This document shows positions 22,401 to 34,014 of a stretch of DNA of 64,000 bases, one piece after another (within the stretch, counting starts at the first letter, position 1; the number at the start of each line of letters is the position of its first letter). The notes beneath the pieces were generated by a model. It did not search any database. It was not told the origin of the DNA and saw only the letters and a list, made by a program, of their open reading frames with translations. This DNA is from Orbicella franksi (lineage: Eukaryota): contig OZ116703.1 of the NCBI GenBank assembly GCA_964199315.1, positions 310,001-374,000 of the forward strand, read 5' to 3'. The position numbers were made by a program, and so were the translations under genes.

Positions 22401-24562
22401 TGGCGAGTTTTCAACCATACAATAAAATGTCCTAATGACTTACACATGGAAGACTTATTAATAAAAAAATTCCCGCTTTGCGGGAATATCTTTTAAGATT
22501 TTTTGTTAAAAAATAAACTTGTCGTTCCAAATCAAAGAAATGGAAAATGGCCACTCAAGAATCTAGTTGTTGATTTACTGCCTGGTAAGTGTGTTCCTTC
22601 CTAATCCACCTCTTACAGTTCCGTAGTAATTCCTGGAGACCTGCGATTTTTCCCATCGCCTTTGTTGGCATTCGCCCCCACTGGCTGTCACGCTACAATT
22701 TCAAAGCGTGACAGGTTTCCATTCCGAGAACTCTTTTCCTCTCCTCACTGAAATCGTTCTATAATGTACTAAACGGGAATTTTCTTGACTGTTTAACTTT
22801 AAGACAAAACGTATGTTATTCTTCTCTACAAAAACATATAAATTTCAATTACAGTTCAACATATTTTCTTAACAATTATTATTATTTGGAGCTAAATTGA
22901 CAGTCGATAAACCTTCCGATTTTGCGGTTCTTAGGAGTTTTGGCCGTAGAAAAGCCATTTAAACAACCATGTTCAGATATTGAGGGCTGAAAACGTTCTG
23001 GACGTGTTTTACAGCGGTGAAAGGACTCCTCAGTTCGAAAAATATAGAAAGCTGGGCTTGTTACTGACAAACTTGCAAGGCTTGTATGAACTAAAGCTGG
23101 GTTTCGGAGACAAGTCCTATTTATATATGGAGACTGTGAAGTGACAAGATCCCTCATCTTCCCATGACAGATGACCTCAACGATTTGAAAATAACATGCT
23201 ATACTGTTATCTCCAGTATATTGCCTCGGCTTGTCTATGTGACAATTCTACTTTGGAGATCAAGATTAAAACTGTGTTACAGAAAACGTGCGATACTGTA
23301 AAATTTAAAAAAAATCGTTCGATAATGTTGGACATGACGCCTTTTCTTTCATCAGAAATCTTAAGAATTCCGACCTTTCACCGACACTTGGCAAAATATC
23401 TGTGCGATTCAAGATGTTTCCTCTTTTGACATCTATCGCTTGAAGAGAGAAGAGGATTTTGAAAGACTAACAAACATTTTTCATCTTCCTTCCCATATGC
23501 TACCCCAAATTACCATATTTGCTTAATTTTGACATGAGATTCATTCAAGTGCTTGCTTCGTCTCGACCTTCGATAGTAGTGTTCTCAGAACAAAGCAAGC
23601 TGTGGTAATCAGATGTTAGCGTTATTCATCGAAATATCGTAGACCCAGATAAATCAGCTGGGCGCGAGAGTTTTTATTGGCTGTGATCCATGTCTGTGTT
23701 ATTGCGTGACGATTCTCCGCGCGTAAATTAACATCTGTCAAAACTCAAGAAAGTCAGCTTTTTCCTATGAAGGTAAAGGTCATTTTTGTTGTAAGAACAC
23801 CGCGATATAATTTTACGACGTGTGCTTCAGTATAAAGTTCCAGAACCTTCTCAGCCAGTAGCCTTGGCAAGTTTTTGGGTCGTTTACTTACAAAGTTGTC
23901 ACAAAAACCACGTTGTTTGGCAGTATATATGACACAGTCGTCCAAACATTTTCCTAGTCTGTTTGCACAGAAGACATATTTCTGCATCCAGTTTGGGCCA
24001 TAGTAAACACGTACAAATACAGTGAAAGCCAGGATAATTAGCTTAATGTATATAATTCCAGTTAAGAAAAGCTATAAACAAGATCCTCGCCATCTCAATC
24101 GGTTGTTTTAGGGACACGACTTAATGTATGAAGTTCCCGACAAGGACTAAATTTAACTCTATAAACAAAAGCACAAAAGTTACCGATTTAGGCAATATCC
24201 AATCGACTAAACATCGACGCAAATGAGATAGCCATAGAAATATAACAAACTGCAGTAATATTCAGTTCTGAAGAGAAATTGTTCATGATAAGAATGGACG
24301 ATCGCTCAAACAAACTTGTAGTGCGGTCAGCATTTTATTATGTCAACATCACAGGCATCAATTTGCAAATTTTACCACTGATACCTCAGAAAGATCGCGA
24401 TGTTTCGGTGGAACCGAATAACATTTCACCGTACCTTCTTTCGCGTTCAATCTCTTCTTGATCGACTTCTTCCCAATAACTCGCACTCCTTTCTACATCC
24501 TCTCCATCACGGAGTACGCTTCCCTCCTCTGACAACTCTGCATCACCGTTGACTGGATCCAT
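19493..24562 (-). CDS. Two-exon acidic/charged protein with ~16 Xin-register repeats (putative actin-binding), 567 aa
   Basis: Exon 1 24562-24435 (MDPVNGDAELSEE...EIERER, donor AG|GTACGG, phase 2). Exon 2 21068-19493 (acceptor ctttcctaccttcaaag|G, phase 2). 1704 nt, open frame. Repeated G-x8-[FYIL]-[EQD] motif. Confidence 0.75.
19590..19900 (-). repeat. Coding tandem repeat, 96-bp (32-aa) unit, ~3-4 copies
   Basis: APKMVETEDFGVTQGVTKQTTQQIEKGELMKH / APKMVDEEDFSSVSGRAKQTTQQIEKGELIKE / AHKMVDDEDFSGVSGVVKGTRERIDSGEMVQQ. Confidence 0.85.
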
Positions 24563-25768
24563 AATTTTTTTCTCACAGCTAGATTGAGACCGTCTGACTC
24601 GTGCAGTGCTGATCCGAGTTAAAATGCCAAGAACGTCAAGGCTCTTATGCTGCAGTGCCTATACAAACACGCCCAGATAAAAGCTGACACGCATACTTGA
24701 AGAATGCTTTGTTGTTGATGATCCGCTTGCCTGATCTAGCCAATAGGAACGCTCAGATATGTAACAGCCGATTTCCTTACACTGGCTTGTTTTGGTCAAG
24801 TAGGACGTAGAAAATACGACACAAGCGACATGATGTCATTTCAAGTCAAGTTTTCTTTTGTGATTTCTAAATCTAGATCAAGTTAATTGCCACGCTAGCC
24901 TCGAAATGAATGTAAGAAGAGAAGTATTCATAGCAATCTAAAGAATCTAGTTTCTTTGTCTTAAAACTTTCTTCGGAACCCAAACATTGCCAAGGCAAAC
25001 AGATCAGCAGAGTCAATTTATTCATTGACAATTATGAACATGAAATCTACGGGATTTAAGCCAGGAAGTCTTTCTTTAGCTAGGAATGAGAACGACGTTA
25101 TGCTTTGGACCTTCATATTCTGTCATGTTTTTCTCCGCTTATATTAGGCAGCAACTCTGGTAAAATCCAAGGTCACACGCTTACAATACCAACTATGCTT
25201 GTCACGCAAACATGTCCTTTAAATTTGATCGATTAGTTGTCTTCGTATTTTAGCTCGACTAAAAATATTGTCCTTTTCTGGGCATTGTTTAATTCTAAGA
25301 TCAGCGACCGCAGCAGCTTGCTACGAGGTAACAAAAATATGTAAACTGTTTACCGACCAAGAGAGGCATGTTGCCACAATTTTCAACAACCACAAAAGAC
25401 TAAGCAAGGTATTAAGTGACGCTGCGATGAAAACAAAACTCGCTAAAGGAGTTTCGTGTAAAAGCTTTCGCTTTATCCCAAGGCGATAAGTTTAAAATAT
25501 CTGGCTTAAGTACCTTGGACATAGAAGCAGCAGGCTTCCAGGGAAAATGAATAAACTAATGGTCATTGACGGGTTAAACGTCTATATGAAAGAACCGAGA
25601 AAAATTCCAACTTGGTGCCAACTGGTACATGTTTATCAGTGATAAGATGTCTGCAGTGTTATAGCTCTAAGGTTTCTTCTCCTGAACGTCACAGCTGACC
25701 AGAGTTAAGTCAAATCTGATCTGCAGGCCTGCAATTTTTTAATAATTTATTCTTTGATTCAGTATTTA

Positions 25769-26175
25769 GACCCCGTCCATACGTATCCGGATATTTTTGA
25801 ATCCGCAACTTTTTCTTTCCGGATTCAAAAATTTTCCCGTCCACACGTAGCGTATTCAAATCGAATTCGCCTGTCCACACGCATCCGATGGTGATTCACT
25901 GTAGAGAAACTGGGCCTTCACGTCGTGCGGCCATATTGGTTTATTGTTCGGTAAGAGACTGGACACGATTTTGCTACGTCATCGGATCCGAAAATATCGG
26001 GATTCACCGTCCAAACGTTATCGGATTTGTTGCAGATTTATTTTTTTCCACACTGGAGAGCGGATTAAAAAATATCCGGGTTCACTGATATTCGTCGGAT
26101 GCGTGTGGACGGAAGCCATATCCGGAAAGAAAAAGTTGCGGATTAAAAAATATCCGGATACGTGTGGACAGGGCC
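25769..26175. mobile_element. MITE, PIF/Harbinger-like (407 bp)
   Basis: Left GACCCCGTCCATACGTATCCGGATATTTTTGAATCCGCAACTTTTTCTTTCCGGAT pairs with the reverse complement of the right end GGCCCTGTCCACACGTATCCGGATATTTTTTAATCCGCAACTTTTTCTTTCCGGAT (>50 bp TIR). Flanks TTA / CTA are a near-TWA TSD. Confidence 0.8.
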
Positions 26176-27630
26176 CTAGTCAAAACATCTCAAGTATGAT
26201 AACCAAAAGAAACATAACTTTAAGTAGAGAAATTGCTTTTAAACAAAGAGAAGGAATAAAGTCAAAAAGCGAAAGAAAAGCAGTTAAGATTTCATTTTCA
26301 TATACTTTATTTATTTTTTCCCCTAAAGTTTAAATCCTCCTCGAGAAGGCGGCCCATGTAACATTTCCTCAAAAAAAGCGAAAGCATGGCTAGACCAGTG
26401 CACTCATGAACGGTTGAAAAACAACACTTCACTTGCACATTCAAGGATTTTATTCCAGAAATAATCCTTCTAGCCAGCTGTCCACTTATCTAGAAGGTTG
26501 AAAAACGGCTCATTAAATGACTTTGGAAAAAAAAAGTGGCGTGGTTGCCTTCTCGTGCAACTAACACGTAGTTTGGTTCACGTGATGTTTCGTACTTCAC
26601 TGATTTGCTTGGTAGATTTTTAGTCTCATACCTTCCGGTAGGCAGTGAAACAGTTGACCTCATTCCAACTTATCTAAACACACATTTCAAAATGAAATGC
26701 ATGTGCTTTTGGAAGGGCTATCAGAAGGAGAAAACATATTTCATGAGGTCATGATTACTTCAGAATATATGAGGGCAAAGTACATGTAAGAATGAACTAC
26801 AAGTACAAGTAAGGTCACTGCTGTAAATTAAAATTAACCAGCTGCTTGACTTAGCAAGAAATTTCTTGATCATTCTTAAAGGTGCCATAGAATTCAGGAT
26901 GATCAAATAACATTAATTTTACGCAGTACAATGTAACATGGAAGAAACAACAAAATGCCATTAAAATGAATGCAATCCAGAAGAAAGCCTATAATAAAAT
27001 TGACAAAAGGAACATACAACAAACTTATGAATTGTCAAAGTTTGGCTAAGATGGACACAGAACTATAGAATGTTAGAAACCGTCTTTTACAGAGTATTAC
27101 AGATACTAGAGCATTCATGATTAGTGAACAATTAACTGTTTTTCCCAAAGTTTGATACATGTATTTTTTAGCAATGTCTGACAATTAGCCAAGAGTGAGG
27201 AAAGATACATACGTGATGGCATTCCACAATCCACTCCAAACGTTCACAATGGATAAAACAATGCATACTTAGTGCACCATAAATAACGAATCCACTCAAT
27301 AACTGAGTAAAAAATAAATTGCCTCTTGAAAAATTAATACTTTAAGCATTATTCACATTCATGACATCCTCAGACAATATGTGGAGACCTGATAAATCTG
27401 CATCATTATTTTATAATACAATTTTTAGTCCATATGTGCAACTTTAAAAATCTAATCTACATTAATATTAAGGTGGCTTACGACCTCCATGTGATTCGTT
27501 CCACCAGCAATTTCTGCTTCAAGTCAGCCTAATGTGAAAAATCACTTTGACTCCTCTTTGACAGCACATCAAAGCTGTAAAGCAGGGTGCATTTTACTCA
27601 ATAGAATTACAAACTGTGGCACTAAATGCA

Positions 27631-30600
27631 TCATGAGTGATCAGGGTCTGAATCTTGTAAAAGTGATGCATCTCTTAACTGATTTACTAAACTCTCCTCT
27701 TCTTTGCTATTTAATGTTGAACCAACTTGTATGCTAGGACTAATAAGAGGCTCTAAATGATCTCCATTGACCTGTAGAGAAACAAAGAAGAAACAAGGCA
27801 ACGTTTGTGAGAAAAATAGTCTTAAATACCTTATGGCAATAGAGTAAGTACATTGTACAACGTCATCAGGTTAAAAAGCAGACAAGCATGGGAACTGTTT
27901 TGTATTACAGAGTTAATAGAGTTCTAACAAACAGAACTCTCAAACGGAGTGCGGTGACATGTCTGGCAAGTGAATCATGGCAAAACATTCTCCTGTCTGG
28001 TTTAGAATAGCTTGGTCAAGAGCCCTTCCTTGGTCTTCGGTTGGTGATGCTGGTACATTTGCACATGAAGAGTTCTTAGTCAACATTACTCAGACTTTCA
28101 TTTAGAAAGAGGCAAAGAACGTTATGATTAATGCACTCCATTCCAATTTGAAAAATGAACCAGGATTTGAGTGGAGTCACTTCCAATCTTCTTTGGTTAC
28201 ATTATTTTATACTTTTTCTTCACAGCAACTAGCATCCCTTGCAGATTGATCCAAATAAATCTGACAAATACTGAAGTGTACTAACATCCAATTCATAAGT
28301 AGGAGAAACAATATTCTGATCACTTCATATAAACCTACAGTCTGTACAATGAATACTGTTATACATGGAGCACAGACTGGTATGCCCATAGGCTTAACAA
28401 ATTCAAGTTTCATTCTCCATTATTATCTGTACTTACCATGGAATTAAAAAGTGATCTCCTAGCTGGTGAAATGTGTAAGACTCCATTAGCAGGACTGTTA
28501 TGGGGAACAGAATAAATAGGTTGTGGAGAGGTTCCAATGGGAGTTGAAAGTCCAAAGGGATTAGCAGAGGGTGATGCAGGATTAGATCCTGGATATGAGT
28601 TCATTTCTCTTCCTAAGGTAGACAACTGCTGTGTCAGTCCTAAAAGTCCTCCTTCATCTACACACAGAATAACCCATATAACATCTGCAAAAAATTAACA
28701 GCACAATTTTTAAGATCATCATTGCAACCAAAGTAAACTTTAAAGTAACAGTAGCGTGGATTATTTCTTTGTTGATACAGTCGACCCTCCCATAAGCCAC
28801 CATCCAAAATGTCAAGCCCAAGTGGTTGCTTATGCGAGGTGGTTGCTTACAAGAGCTAATAGACCATACTGGGTCAAAATTTTACCTCATTAGCATATGG
28901 TAAGAGCAGAGACTCGCCCATGTTTTATTCAAGTGAAAAGTTAATCTAGAGAAAACTCTGGTACTTCCCACTGAAACAATTCTGTCTCTTGTACTACCCA
29001 GGAATGGGTTAATGTTACAACAACTTATTATCCAATTTTCATTCTATTATCTGTCAAGTGGTCGCTTACGGGAGGTTGAAAAGAAAAGAAAATGTCACAC
29101 TTTAAGTTCTAAAAGCGGTTGTGGTCACTTATGAGAGGTGGTCGCCTACAAGAGGTTCCAAATACATGTATGGTGATTTGACTCCGAAACTTTTGGTACT
29201 TTCAATTGGAAAACTGGTGGCTGAGGAGAGGTGGTTGCTTACGAAAGGCAGTCACAACTGGAGGTTTGATTGTACCCATATTTGCAATGAAACAAAAGCA
29301 TAAAAAGTGGCTTTAGTTCAAAGTTGAGCTAAGAAATGTTGAGCTTGACTGAGCCAAAATTTGTTGACCAAGGCTTCACTTCTACCAGGTAAAGTATATC
29401 TTAAATTTGTGATGCATTTCAATTTGCCAATTTTGGTCACTTTTCCTTACGTAGCCTCTGGTTCTGTTACTAATGACTATAGTTTCTACGTGTACATTAG
29501 TTAAAATTAACAAACTATAAAGACAAGTTTGCAGACTTGACAAAAAAGAATATACATGTAGCATGAACAAACCATGGCAAGGAGAGAAAGACACTGAATA
29601 GATTCATTTAACAGAACCATAAAATTTACTCACCCCCAAAATATTGTCCTGATGGCAGGCACATACGCCACTGCCCCTGATACATGCCTGGTTTCCCAGG
29701 TGAAATCATGTTGACACTTAGATCGTAATATTCACCAGCATCCAAAGGTTTAACAGACACCAAATTTACAGGACCCAGCTGATCTCCAGCTGTGTATTTT
29801 AAAAACACTCCAGATGGCCAAGCAGTATTTCCTAAAGACAAACATAAAGTTGTGTTAAACAGTTTATTTACTGTCCAAATATCTATCTATTCCACCTAAC
29901 AACGCCATTCATGGACCCTGAACTGTTTTCTATTACTTTCTGATTAACAACAGTGTATGTCGGATGACAAAAACTAACCACCATATAAAATGACATTTGA
30001 CTTGCAGGATGATCTCAAACTCCACAATTTGTGAATAAATTCTCTAATTATGTTTACCATTATTCTGAATTCTCCAGGTTTTCACAAAGCTTGTATTTGG
30101 TTGAACTGATTCCCCTTCTCCTATTGTCACATCTCGGATAAAAGACATAGTTGGAAGCTTGTCCTGAGAACCATTGAAATCATAATATGCGCCTACTGCT
30201 GCCTACAAACACAACAAAGGTTGATTGAATATATGTAATAAATCATTTTGAATTCACACCTTTATAGTATCTTTCAAAGTATTCTACACGGTTCTATTAA
30301 ATTTGAACAATCAAAAAGTCAGATGAGTAATGTTAAAGTTGAGATCAGGATAGGAGTATTGAACACTACATTGTTGAGGAGTTGAACACAATTTTCAAAT
30401 TAAATACTGTTAGCCTTCATTAGGCAATGAGTTCCTTGTTTTCAAGTCACTATTTGAACCCTGTTGGTTTCTTGTGATTGCTACATTTTGATCCTCATAC
30501 TACTCTGACCATTAGATGTCATTTCCTCATAAGTTCACTTTGTTACTGACTGGCTGTTGTGCTACTTGATATTTGGTATCCATGCTTCAGGAATTTCTTC

Positions 30601-32409
30601 ATGATTAGGACACCTTAAGTGGATGGCCTCTTTAACCCTATGAGTGTCAGTACCAGTTAGGATCATTTCACTGAATTAATAAACTCTATCTTGTTTGAAA
30701 TACGAAAGCTGACCTTTCAAGCTGTAGGGTCAAAGAGGCTATCTCCATGTTGCCATGCCAACATTGACCCCAACCCCAATCCCACCCCAACATATACTTC
30801 TGAAAATACAATTAGTAAAAGAAGAGAGATTAAAAAATACTCTTATAATATGCACAGACGTGGCATGCATATATTTTCCGTTAATTTTGTGAGAATCGTT
30901 TCTGTAATCTGGCTATAACATAAACACATGGGTTGGTTCAAAATTACAATTTGCCATTTTCCTTTGTTTCATCTACTGTAGATATGAAAGGAAATGTATG
31001 TTTTTATATATGTTATCATATATTACCACACACTAGAACAAATTAACATGCCAAATTGTACCACACAAAATGAACTACAATATATAATACAATGTACAGC
31101 TATGATACATGAACATAATTCAGCTACGAAATTGAACTTTTATGAATAATGAAAGCAAAGCAATTTTCTTGTCATGTAAGCTTATATTATAATATAATAT
31201 AGATAGGACCCTGCACGAGCTCTGATTGCCCAAAAACCTATGTTTTATCAGAGTATAAAACATAGAACAAGCGTGTTTTATTGTTTTTCGCCACATTACC
31301 TCGAGTCAATATTTTTGTTAGAGATGGCGAAAAACATTTTATTTGTTACATGTAGCACTCTTGTGGTATTAAATTGCATCAGTTTGTTGATCTGTGCACT
31401 TTGTTGTTTCTACTCTACCTGTATATCATAAAGCAAATGAAGAAGCCTAAGCCCTGTCTTACACTGTGATAAAACACTCCGGACATTTAATAACACTCGA
31501 GAAAGGTAGAAAACACTCACCTACAGCTCATGTTTTATCTTTTCTTTCTTTCTTTCTTTTTTTTTTCTTTTTTTCGTGTTTTCTACATTTCCCTCGTGTT
31601 CTCAAATGCCCATCATGGTTTATCACAGTGTAATACATGGCTTAGGCTTCTTTATTTGTTAAATAAAACCATGAATCAGTTATATTAAGTTCATGATTTT
31701 TGTATATGTACACAGTATTGTAAATTGACAATTAAATGAGCACGCACACAACATGTATGTTATAAAAGATGTCTCCCTACTGTCAAAAGATCCAAATACC
31801 CGTTGCAAGCCCACATAACACTAGCCAAGGTAAATGACGCGGTTGGTTGATGGTTGATGGTTGATATTAGATCACAAAATAATTATTTAAAGTTAGCTGT
31901 TACATGTACGGTACTAGTATTTAGAGGAGACAAAAACCTGGACATAAGCTTAATACATTACAAGCCAGTTTAGCCAAAAGTTAACACCCCAACTGAACTG
32001 AAAGTCTTCATTCTAAGCCAATTGCAATATTTTATGTATCGTGAATATCAACATGTAAGTTCAAGTATTAAAGTTTATTGAACTGAAGTGGAGTTTAATT
32101 TACATAAAGCTTACCTGGAGGTTCCTTGACACGAACATGGCGGAAAAAACAAAATCTCACATTAGCTACTCTTTCTGCAAATTATAATATCCACAAGAAT
32201 ATAACCTCACTCGCTAGAAAATAAATATAAACTTAAGTTAGAATTTAGAATTACCAGTTCGTCATGTCTAAGAAGAAAGCACATCCTGTCGGGTTGAGTT
32301 GAAAATCCAGTAATCTTTGAAGTTCACTTATAAGGACATCGTGATCAGTCGTTCCCAGACAACTAAATTTCGTCAACAAATCGCCATCTAACTCGCAGTC
32401 TACGTCCAT
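27631..32409 (-). CDS. ILRUN: Protein ILRUN (C6orf106 homolog; UBA-like plus NBR1 FW domain), 298 aa
   Basis: Exons 32409-32255, 32124-32115 (10 nt), 30202-30058, 29831-29634, 28684-28437, 27771-27631; 897 nt with consistent phases. KFSCLGTTDHDVLISELQRLLDFQLNPTGCAFFLDMTNWNLQAAVGAYYDF, DVTIGEGESV, FVKTWRIQN, PGMYQGQWRM, DVIWVIL match ILRUN. Confidence 0.93.
28778..29272. mobile_element. Tc1/mariner-type MITE (495 bp) in ILRUN intron 4
   Basis: TA|CAGTCGACCCTCC ... GGAGGTTTGATTG|TA, with several internal GAGGTGGT(C/T)GCTTA sub-repeats. Confidence 0.75.
31190..31666. mobile_element. Composite dispersed repeat with palindromic (MITE-like) portion 31426-31666 in ILRUN intron 2
   Basis: AAGAAGCCTAAGCC..TTACACTGTGATAAA (31441-31475) inverts to TTTATCACAGTGTAA..GGCTTAGGCTTCTT (~31618-31652). 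Homologous to 12752-12950. Confidence 0.7.
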
Positions 32410-32664
32410 TTTAAGTCTTCTAATTCTCTAAGAATGTCATAAATTTGATTCTAAACAACGCATTTCAAAAGCTCCGAACGGCCAAAGCCAAGCATGATGA
32501 CGTCATACATTTTAGTAGTAATCCCTGACCACGAATACTAAGGTTTCACAAATCTCAAACATTAGCACCCAGGCCTTTTTCTCAAGAGCTAAGGCCACAC
32601 ATTTTGAAATGGTGTTTGCAAAATCGCTTAATTTTTTGGTGTTTTTTTGTATGTTTCGAAAAGT
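32410..32664. promoter_or_regulatory. Bidirectional promoter region ILRUN/USH1C with CRE palindrome
   Basis: Only 255 bp separate the divergent ATGs. Contains ATGACGTCAT (32497-32506; full CRE TGACGTCA). Confidence 0.65.
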
Positions 32665-33976
32665 ATGAGGCGAGGATTTGAGCAGGAGAATCTATACACT
32701 TTGTCTAAACACGCTACAGAGTTTAAAAATAAGGTAACTAACCCTGTAATTTTGATTTAGTTTGAGGGGACTGCTCTGTATATCAGATGATATATGACTT
32801 AAAACATTCATCTCCAAATTCACGTACAAGCTTAGTTAATCCTTTACTCTTCAAGGTTAAAGTCTTGATTGAGAACGATGAAGAAAGAGTTGCCTTTTAT
32901 GAGGCTCTCCAGGACTATCAGGGGTAAGCGCCTAGTTATTTGTTCCAGCATTTAATTAGGCTTAAACACTTAAGCTTTATTGTTTTGATTGCATTAATTT
33001 GGAGTGCAGATCGACACACACATTTACGACATTCTTAAATCAATTCATTCATTTATTTATTCATTCATTCATTCATTCATTCATTTATCTATATTTACAA
33101 TTTATGGCAATCAGTTAGCAATTGCAAATCAATCCGTAAAAACATACATGTAGCTAAATGAAGGGAGGTCTTCCTTGGAAATAATCAAACCTGACGGAGA
33201 CTTACAATTTTGAATGAGAACAGTTTTTAGTTAACTGATTTATACCACTAATTATTTTTTGCTTAACATTTGAGTATAAATTTCTATCAACCTGACCCTT
33301 TACACAATATTTTTTCCATACACAGTTTGCACATGTTTTTGCTGGTTATTTTTATTAATGGTTAATTAAGCAATAAATAAATTATTGATTAAAATTATTT
33401 CACATCAGGTCCAACTCACTCCAAAAACTTGTGAATGATCTGAAGTCTGTCATCAACACTCCCAAGAGATATCCACTATTCAGAGAAGTGAAGTAGGTTG
33501 TACTTGATACATGTATGTTCCTGACTGCTTCCACTTAATTTATGGGGAACTTCTTCCCTTGAATTTGATTAAGTTGATCTTAGTCGCCAAATTTACACAA
33601 CAGTGCAACTGGCACTGTCAATAAATTATTCATTGTATGATATACTGTACTGAATTTGATCAACCCCTGGTAGTGTTGTATGTCAATTCTGTAGACTTGG
33701 GTTAGTTACATGCATGATGAAACAATGAAGTATAAGATTAGCATGCGGTTTAAAGGACAACAAAATACTAAATCCTGTTGGAATTGAGTGTAGCATAACT
33801 TATTTTTTAGGACTGATATCTACTCTAACTTATGACAGGTATTTGATAAAGCCAGCTGACACTACAGCATTCCTGAATTTGATTCCCAAGTTACCAAGGT
33901 GTGTGGGGTGTGACTACTCTCAATAAGTCCTGTCTGTCCTGTAACTAAGATCAAACTGTAATTCATCATCATCATT

Positions 33977-34014
<38 letters not shown>

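Noticed and set aside
22882-23157. 91-aa ORF as an alternative first exon of the repeat protein
   Set aside because: Only a poor donor (AG|GTTTAT) and no compositional similarity to the rest of the protein.
27940-28075. Possible extra ILRUN exon (NSSCANVPASPTEDQ...)
   Set aside because: There is an in-phase AG but no convincing GT donor, and the model is complete at 298 aa without it.
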